This document shows, piece by piece, positions 55,986-64,000 of a stretch of DNA of 64,000 nt. The translations under genes and the position numbers were made by a program. This DNA is from Phaeosaccion multiseriatum (Eukaryota; Protista; Ochrophyta, other classes): assembly GCA_965112735.1 (NCBI GenBank), contig OZ218961.1, positions 558,001 to 622,000 of the forward strand. Reading direction: 5' to 3'. Numbering within the stretch: position 1 is the stretch's first letter; each line of letters starts with the position of its first letter. A model generated the notes under the pieces. That model saw nothing but the letters and a program-made list of their open reading frames with translations, did no database searches and had not been told where the DNA came from.

Positions 55986-57458
55986 TCAGGTGGCAACCGC
56001 AGGAGCCGCAGCAGCCGTAGAAGCAGCAGCAGCACCATCACCACCAGCACCAGCAGCATCATCACCACTAGCAGCAACACCATCACCATCACCATCACCA
56101 TCACCACCACCACCACCATGACCATGATCAGCCGCAGGAGCAGCCGCAGGAGGCTCATCGCCTGGACCAAGAGGGGTAGGAGCACCAGGAGTAGCAGGTA
56201 GATGTGTACCGAGACGAGCCACCTCCTCTCCGTCCAATTGCACCCGCCACGAAACGCGATCAAAGTCCCTCTTGCTGCACACATAAATCCTGCCATTCTC
56301 GGCCGCTTCACTGACGTCCGTGACAATCACCTCTTGCCAGTCGCCGTCTCTCCTCCATGCGTTGGGTAAGGAAAGGTCATCTGTGCGCACCTCAATAACC
56401 GACCCTTTCCTCACGTCCCTCCTCCAATTGCCTACTCTCTGGAAGGGTTTGGCCAGCTTCTTGCTCGTCAAGTTGACCCATTGGTCATACGCTGGCGACC
56501 AGCCTAGCACGTGGATCAAAACTTGTGGAACGCCTCTCCTCTCCCGCGCCCCTGAGATGAAGCCTTCCCACCAACTGCCCTTCATCCATACGTCCGCGAG
56601 TGAACCCATTGCGAATCGCTTGGAAAGCTTGTCCATCTGCTGTTGCTCCCTCTTCAACTCCTCTACCCTCTTCTTTTTCACGTGCTCTGATGCCATCCCT
56701 TTGCTGCCGCTGCGGGTGCTGCGGGCGCTACTGCCTGCTGCAGGCTGTACCGTGGCTGCCTGTGTCTTCTTGCTCTTTTTCTTTTTCTTCTTCTTCTTCT
56801 TCTTGCTCTTCGTCGTCATTGTCGTCCAATCGCTATCCTCCTGCTCATCCTCATCCTCCTCATCGTCCTCCTCTTCCTCCTCCTCGGTACTTACAGCATC
56901 TCTGCTGCTGCCGGTGCGCCCGCGCTTCCTGCTCTTCCTCTTGCCGTCAGTTGACTTCTCTTCCCCCCCCCTTCTCTGGGAGCTGGGCTGGGCCTCTGCG
57001 CCTCGTTCCTCTCCTTCTCCCCCCTTTCGCGCAACGACTTCTTCTTCCTTGTCTTCTTCTTCTAAATCCCCTTGTCCTACTCTCTGCTCGACCGTGGACG
57101 TAGAGCTTGCCAACACGTCTTCTGCTGCTCCTCCTCCCTTCCCTCCATCTCCTCCTCCACTCCCAAGCACCGTGTCCTCGACATTTCCCCTCGCTTTCCC
57201 TTCTTCTTCCCCTCCTTCCTCTGCCTCTGCTGCTGGCCCGCCTCTCTTCTCAGCATCGACGTCTCCCCTCGCCCCTTCTTCTTCCCCTTCTCCCCCTTCA
57301 TCCTCCTCAGCTGCAGCGGCCGATAGAGCTGAGCCGAGCCCCATGGCGATCATGAGCTTCTTCTTCGCAGAAGAGAAGAGGCCCGTGCTTGCGGTGCTGC
57401 TGGCGCTTCCAGAAACAACAGCTGCCGCTGCAACAGCAGGAGGGGAAGGCGTCTTCAT
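55986..57458 (-). CDS. Apparently intronless 490-aa protein with tandem Tudor/chromo-barrel (Royal family)-like domains; probable chromatin reader
   Basis: FAMGSLADVWMKGSWWEGFISG...VLIHVLGWSPAYDQWV...WRRDVRKGSVIEVR...WQEVIVTDV...EVARLGTH. It also has an acidic tract and a Lys-rich NLS-like stretch. Confidence 0.7.
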   Translation of the reverse strand: MKTPSPPAVAAAAVVSGSASSTASTGLFSSAKKKLMIAMGLGSALSAAAAEEDEGGEGEEEGARGDVDAEKRGGPAAEAEEGGEEEGKARGNVEDTVLGSGGGDGGKGGGAAEDVLASSTSTVEQRVGQGDLEEEDKEEEVVARKGGEGEERGAEAQPSSQRRGGEEKSTDGKRKSRKRGRTGSSRDAVSTEEEEEEDDEEDEDEQEDSDWTTMTTKSKKKKKKKKKKSKKTQAATVQPAAGSSARSTRSGSKGMASEHVKKKRVEELKREQQQMDKLSKRFAMGSLADVWMKGSWWEGFISGARERRGVPQVLIHVLGWSPAYDQWVNLTSKKLAKPFQRVGNWRRDVRKGSVIEVRTDDLSLPNAWRRDGDWQEVIVTDVSEAAENGRIYVCSKRDFDRVSWRVQLDGEEVARLGTHLPATPGAPTPLGPGDEPPAAAPAADHGHGGGGGDGDGDGDGVAASGDDAAGAGGDGAAAASTAAAAPAVAT

Positions 57459-58003
57459 TCTCGTGGTGTGTGAAATAAGTTTTACGCCGGCCCGCGGGCC
57501 CGCGGGCGGCGGGCGGGCGGGCGAACTCGCCTCGTTGACATAATTATCCCATCCCTCTTGATCCCCTCTTGCGATCGATCGACAGCACAGTATTGCTCAG
57601 CTTACAGAGCTGCTGCAGCAGCAAAGCCGCAGCGATCAGCGGGAACCGCAACAGGGGAGCTTGGGTGAGTCCAAGGATCTTCGCTTGGCCTCGCGCAGGC
57701 GGCAGCGAAGCGGTAAGGACACAGAGCGGAGAGCACTTGGGTGATATCAACAGAAGCAGAGAGGAATAAGAGAAGGAGGGGGTTCCCTGTTCTCGGCGTG
57801 GTTCCGAGGACAGGGGGGGGGGGGGGGGGCGGAGCAGGAGGACGCGGAGGGGGGGGAGATCAGGCCGCCTTTATTGGGGTGATCTCCTCTGGTCCGGAGG
57901 GGGGGGCGGATCGGGCGGATTGGGGGGGAAGCGGGGGAAGACGTAGAGTAAAGTAAGGAAGAAGGTTGGGAGGAAAGAGGAGGAAGTGGGGGTCGAAGAA
58001 GAC
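57459..58003. promoter_or_regulatory. Putative bidirectional promoter between the Tudor-like gene (-) and XPB (+)
   Basis: Divergent ATGs are 545 bp apart. The GC-rich palindromic stretch gcccgcgggcccgcgggc and GGGCGG-like boxes lie at 57486-57523. Confidence 0.5.
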
Positions 58004-60186
58004 ATGAGCGGCAAGCGCAACCCTGCCGCGGAGTATCTTGATTCAGACTACGATGACTCCTCCGACGAAGACGAGGGAGGGTGGGCACCGCCCACAACAA
58101 CAGGCAAAAGGAAGAAGGCTGCGGGAGGAGGAGGAAATGGGGGTAGTGGGGCAGGGGGGGGGAAGAAGGCAAGGGGCAAGCAGGGCGGCGCCGCTGGTGA
58201 CACGGCGACAGGGGGAAGGGGGGCGAAGAAACCCAAGTCGACCAAGCAGAAGGCCCAACAGGCTCTCTCCAGCAGGGCCTCAGCCAAGACGTCACTTCTC
58301 AAGCTGCAGCCCGGGGTGGGGGGGCTCGACGGCGACGAGTATGGAGATGGAGAGGACGGAGATGGCAGCATGAGTATGTTTAAGGACTTCAGCAACATGG
58401 TGCTCAAGAAGGATCACCACATGAGACCCGTCTGGGTAAGTACCAACCCGCCTTACTTCTGTGTCTCGCTCTCTGTATCTCTACATATGTCCCTCTATCA
58501 ACATGTAATACCCGTTTGGGTAAGCCAAGCTACACCATCTGTGTCTCTGTGTGCATGTGTGTATCTCTCGTCCACTCTCTCTTTCTCTCTCTCTCTTGTC
58601 TCTGGCACATAACTAAGCTACCCTGTCCACCGCCACACACACACTCTCCCCTCCCTCAAGGTCTGTCCCGACGGACACATCTACCTAGAAGCGAGCAGCC
58701 CCATCTACGCTCAAGCCTACGATTTCCTCGTAGCCATCGCCGAACCCGTGAGCAGGCCTGAGTTCGTGCACGAGTATCGCCTCACACCCTACTCGCTCTA
58801 TGCAGGTGGGTAATGGGCAATACTAAGTCAATGGGTAATACTAAGTCAATGGGTTATACTAAGTCAATGGGTGTGTACGTGTTGGTGCGTGGGGCCCGAG
58901 GCCCGAGGTTGTGTACTCTTTCGTGCGTGGGTACCACCAAGTCAATGGGTGGATGAGTGGGTGGGAGAGAGAGAGGGAGGGTGGGTGGGTGGGTGTGGGT
59001 GAGAGAGAGAGAGAGAGAGAGCTCGCAGAACAGTGTGTGACGCGTGTGTGATTGCTTGCTGGGCACTTTCCTTCTTACCCCGCCGACCTCAACGTTGTGC
59101 GTTTCTTCTCTCCCTGTCTTTCTCTCTCTCTCCTTTTCTATTCTCTTCTATCTCTCTCTGTGTGTGTATGCGTGCGTGTGTGTCCCGTATGTATGTGTAC
59201 GTGTGTGCAGCTGTGGCGGTGGCCATCAATACCGAGTCCATCATCAGCGTCCTACGTCGCCTGAGCAAGTGTGTGGTACCTGACAGCGTGGAAACCTTCA
59301 TCCGAGAATGCACCGTGCGTTACGGAAAGGCCAAACTCGTGCTCAAGGAGAATCGCTACTACGTGGAGAGTCCGCATCCAGAGGTACGTTAGATGGCAGT
59401 ATATGGGCTGTGATAACGTCAGATGGCAGTAAACGGTTTGTCTTAAACTCTCTCATAGAAACAACTATGTGAACCATTGGAGATGAACAGAAAAAACTCT
59501 GCTTTGTTGGGATGAACTATCGATTATCGATAAAAACATCGACGTGTTGGTTGGTATTGATAGATACGTATGTTTCTGACACTGAAACTCAAGCTCTCAT
59601 CTCTGATGACACTGAAACTCAAATCTCTCCTCCCTAATGACACTGAACTCAAATCTCTTTTCTTTATTAACAGGTCCTGCGGGAGCTTCTCAAGGACGAG
59701 ACCATTGCAGGGGCGAGGGTCAAAGACGAGTCACAGGCTGGCGGCGATTCTGCATCTTCGGCAGGAGCAGCAGCGGGATCGGGAGGGGGAGGGGTTGGTC
59801 AACAGGGTAGCGGCAGTGCGCGGGGAGCGGGGACGGGAGCGTCAGGAATAGTAAAGGGTGTCGGGATAACCGGTGCAGATGGGTTTACAGTGACTGAAGC
59901 TCCGCAGGAGATGGCGGAGAATTTAGAGTACCAGGTGAGAGGGGCAAGGAGTGGACGGGGGTGGGGGGATGGCAGTGGAAGGGCAAGGAGACACGACTCA
60001 ACACGCCCCACTAGTCAGCTTCCTCTCTCGACAGGCGTCTCTTTTTCATGTGTGGGGTAGAGAGCATCAATTGCCCCGACTCTCCCTTCCTCGGACGCAT
60101 CGTATTGACTAAATCATCTACTCAGTCATTCTATCTTCTTCTTCTTCTTCTTCTTCTTCTTCTTCTTCTTCTTCTTCTTCTTCTTC

Positions 60187-60218
<32 letters not shown>

Positions 60219-61156
60219 AACAGGACTTGGTGAAGCAGGTTGGGGCCGGTGATGATGAGGATGATGACAACGATCTAGACGCTGACGTTATCCTCGGCAC
60301 TCAGCCCGGGCAGCTGCTGCAGAACGTCAGTTTCAGAATACGAAACGACATGGTGAGAGTGTGAGTGAATGGGGGGGAGGGCGTGAGGGAGTGAGTGAGT
60401 GAGTGAGAGATCGAGTTGTGATTGGACCACACCTTTCCCCAGAGCAGCTACGGACCCCACTGACCCCAAACCATACCCCTATCCCTTACACGAACACGAA
60501 TGGATGGAATGAACAACCAACAGGTGGAGGAAGTGAAGAAGGCCGCCATCGGAATCGACTACCCCCTGATGGAGGAGTACGACTTTAACAACGACAAACT
60601 CAACCCCAAAGTCAACATGCAGCTCCGGCCGAGCACCAAGATTCGCACTTATCAGGCAAGCGCTCGCACGCACGCACGCACGCACGCACGCACACACGCA
60701 CTCACCTGATTCGCCCACTCACACACTCACTCACTCAAATCACTTGCGATTCAGTCACTCACTCACCCACTCACTCCCTCTCTCATCCCCTCTCCTTCCT
60801 CCCTTCCTCCCGCCCTCCCTCGCAAATACGCACACACACACGCACACACACACACACACACACACACGCACGCACCACCAACAGGAGAAGAGTCTGGCGA
60901 AGATGTTTGGTAACGGCCGTGCTCGTAGCGGCATTGTCGTCCTTCCTTGCGGCGCCGGCAAGACACTGACGGGGGTGACGGCAGCGAGTACCATCAACAA
61001 GAGTTGTATCTGTCTGTGCACAAGTGCAGTGAGCGTGCAGCAGTGGAAGAGTCAGTTTAAGCTGTGGACGGACATTGCAGACGACCAGGTAGGTATATGG
61101 GGTGTTAGGGGGGGGGGGGGTTGTTGGGTGTGGATGGGGAGGTATGTGGGTATGGG

Positions 61157-61234
<78 letters not shown>

Positions 61235-64000
61235 GCATGCACCACCGCCACCACCCATTGACATGTCACACGCACCCATTGCCACACTCTGCCCACCCAT
61301 TGACGTACTCATGCTGCAGATAAGCTGCTTCACATCCGGTATGAAGCAGGCCCTGCCCGACAAGTGCGGAGTACTCATCACCACCTACACCATGATCAGG
61401 TAGGTCAATGAGGGGGGTGGGGTGGAATATGTCAATGGGTCAGTGCGTGGGTGGGTGGGGTGGAATATGTCAATGGGTCAGTGCGTGGGTGGGTGGGGTT
61501 GTAAGTCAATGAGGGGGGTGGGGTGGACTATGTCAATGGGTCAGTGCGTGGGTGGGTGGGGTTATAAGTCCATTAGGGGGTTGGGATGGAGTATGTCAAT
61601 GGGTCAGTGCGTGGGTGGGTGGGTTGTAAGTCAATGAGGGGGGTGGGATGGAGTATGTCAATGGGTCAGTGCGTGGGTGGGTGGGGTTGTAAGTCAATGA
61701 GGGGGGTGGGATGGAGTATGTCAATGGATCAGTGTGTGTGTGGGTGGGGTTGTAAGTCAATGAGGGGGGTGGGGTGGAATATGTCAATGGGTCAATGGGT
61801 GGGTGGGTGGGTGGGGTTGTAAGTCAATGAGGAGGGTGGAGTGGAGTATGTCAATGGGTCAATGGGTGGGTGTCGTCGAGGTGGGTTCGGGTGGGTGGAA
61901 GTATGTATAGATGAACGGTTGGCAGTGGATGAGTGGGGCATAACTAACCTTCTTTCCGACGTACTGACTGATGCACTTACCATCTGCACACAACGAACTT
62001 TGTTTTCAGTTTCTCGGGCAAGCGCAGTCTCGAGGCGCAGCGCATTATCGACGCCATTCAGGTATATGGGTAGGGAGGGAGGGGGGATGGCAGTGAATGT
62101 ATTTGGGTGTGGGTTGTCCAACAGCAGGCCTCTCCTCCAAGCCCACGCCCCCCCCGCCCGCCTATGTCTACCTCCCCCTGCCACCCCGGGACTGCAGGGC
62201 CGAGAGTGGGGGCTCATGCTTCTGGACGAGGTGCACGTGGTTCCCGCCAAGATGTTTCGTAAGGTACGTGGGGGTACGTACGGAACTACGTAAGGAAAAA
62301 AGGGGGGGGGGGGTGACCAAGCTTCGGACAGTCCACTCTGCAAGACCCCATGGACCGGGGATTTCGCATGCCCCTCCCTGCGTCCTGACACCCCCTCCCC
62401 TCCCTGTGTCCTGACACCAACTGCTGCGTCTGATTCCGCTGCTCTGGTGTTATTCCCTCCCTCCCTCCCCCTCCTCCCCCTCCCTCCGTCCCTCCGTCCC
62501 TCCCTCCCTCCCTACCTCTCTCCAGGTGCTGGGTGTGGTGAACGCTCACTGCAAACTCGGCCTCACCGCCACTCTGGTGCGTGAAGACGATCTCATCTCG
62601 GATTTGAACTTCCTCATTGGCCCTAAGCTCTATGAGGCGAATTGGATGGACCTCACCCAAGCAGGTGCGTGCGGTTTGAGTTTGAGTTTGGAGGTGGAGT
62701 TTTCTTTCGTTCCTCCCTCCCTCCCTCCCTCCCTCCCTCCCTCCCTCCCTCCCTCCCTCCCCCCCTCTCACCCGCCCTCCTTCCCTCCCTCCCTCCCTCC
62801 CTCCCTCCCTCCCTCCCTCCCTCCCTCCCTCCCTCCCCCCCTCCCTCCTCCCCCAGGCTACCTGGCCAATGTGCAGTGTGTAGAGGCGTGGTGCCCAATG
62901 ACGGCAGAGTTTTACAGCGAGTACTTGAAGGAGGGCACGACAACGCGTTGGAGAGAGCTGCTGTACGTGATGAATCCCAACAAGTTTCGCACGGCAGAGT
63001 TTCTCATCAACTTTCACAAGCAGCGCCACGACAAGATCATCCTCTTTGCCGACAATGTGTTCGCCCTCAAGGTAAGAAGAAGTTACAGGAACAAGTACCT
63101 AGTAAGAAGAAGTTACAGGAACAAGTACCTAGTAAGAAGAAGTTACAGTAACAAGTACCTAGTAAGAAGAAGAACTTAGGAAGAAGAAGTCACAGGAACA
63201 AGTGCCTAGTAAGAAGAAGTTACAGTAACAAGTAAGTACCTAGTAGGAACAAGTATGTGTTTTGTGGGGTGGGATGAGGAATTGGATTTCTCTTTCTCTC
63301 ACTGCCTACCTGCCTGTCTGCCTGGCTGCCTGCCGCTGTGGCACTGGAATCACAGGTGTACAGCCAACTGCTCAAGATCCCCTATATCTACGGAGAGACG
63401 CCCCACGGCGAGCGAGAGCGCATCCTTAGCATGTTCCGCGTGTCAAAGGCGGGACTCGACTGCATTGGCCTTAGTAAGGTAAGATCCCTCTTAAGATGAA
63501 GATGAGGTCTCAAGAGTACGACCAATATATATATATATAATATATATATATATATATTATATATATATGTATATATATATTTATGTGTGTGTAATATCCT
63601 CCGCCTTTGCCTTCTCTCCGACTCTCCATCTCTCTCTATCTCTCGCTTCCCTTCTCTCCCTCCTTCTTCCACACTTTTGCTCTCTCCACTCCCCTGATAG
63701 CGAAGCGAAGCTTTGTGTTCACCGCCTCCTCGCTGCTGTGCCATCGTGTCTTCTTCTGACAGTTACCTTTCGTGCGGTTCTTGTCTCCTCTCTCCCTGTC
63801 TCTCTGTCTCTCACACACACAAGCTTCTCTCTCCCTCGCTCTTTCTTTCTCACTCACTCCTTCTCTCCTCCCCTATCTCTCGACCTCTCTCCCTCCCTCC
63901 CTCCCTCCCTCCCTCCCTCCCTCCCTCCCTCCCTCCCTCCCTCCCTCCCTCCCTCCACCCTCTCCCTTGTGCCAGGTGGGCGACACTTCCATTGATATTC
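58004..64000 (+). CDS. ERCC3: TFIIH DNA helicase/translocase subunit XPB, 3' end beyond the window
   Basis: Spliced motifs: RPVW|[68 protein letters not shown]|[27 protein letters not shown] (Walker A), [10 protein letters not shown] (DEVH), [20 protein letters not shown] and SK|VGDTSIDI. Confidence 0.97.
61400..61870. repeat. Intronic minisatellite built on GTCAATG(G/A)G units, period ~60 bp
   Basis: Repeating gtaagtcaatgaggggggtggg.tggagtatgtcaatgggtcagtgcgtgggtgggtggggtt. Confidence 0.9.
63072..63255. repeat. 30-bp tandem repeat beginning exactly at an XPB 5' splice site
   Basis: (gtaagaagaagttacaggaacaagtaccta) repeated about 6 times. Confidence 0.9.

Overview
Eukaryotic, intron-rich genomic DNA with very abundant microsatellites; the gene repertoire suggests an ochrophyte/stramenopile-type alga (inference only). 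Ordinary multi-exon genes: two tandem paralogous ~7-TM membrane protein genes (-; 4297-7087 and 7368-10014), a ~20.7 kb EF-hand/WD40 gene (+; 10651-31322), a class C GPCR-like gene with a periplasmic-binding-protein type ectodomain (-; 46461-55032), a Tudor/chromo-barrel-like gene (-; 55986-57458) and XPB/ERCC3 (+; 58004 to window end, truncated). Two dynamic regions (1-3 kb and 32-46 kb) are inverted paralogs of each other. They hold intronless ARM-repeat and F-box-like/ankyrin genes, their relics, other gene fragments, and four near-identical secreted Spondin_N genes; an empty version of the spondin site is also present. Most notable unexplained signals: (1) a 15-bp motif CAGTTGGTGATACAG in six perfect copies and several variants, in both orientations, in introns and in exons read in three different frames; (2) a ~215-nt nested multi-helix structure at 45982-46196 that looks like an unassigned ncRNA; (3) the spondin cassette with filled and empty sites.
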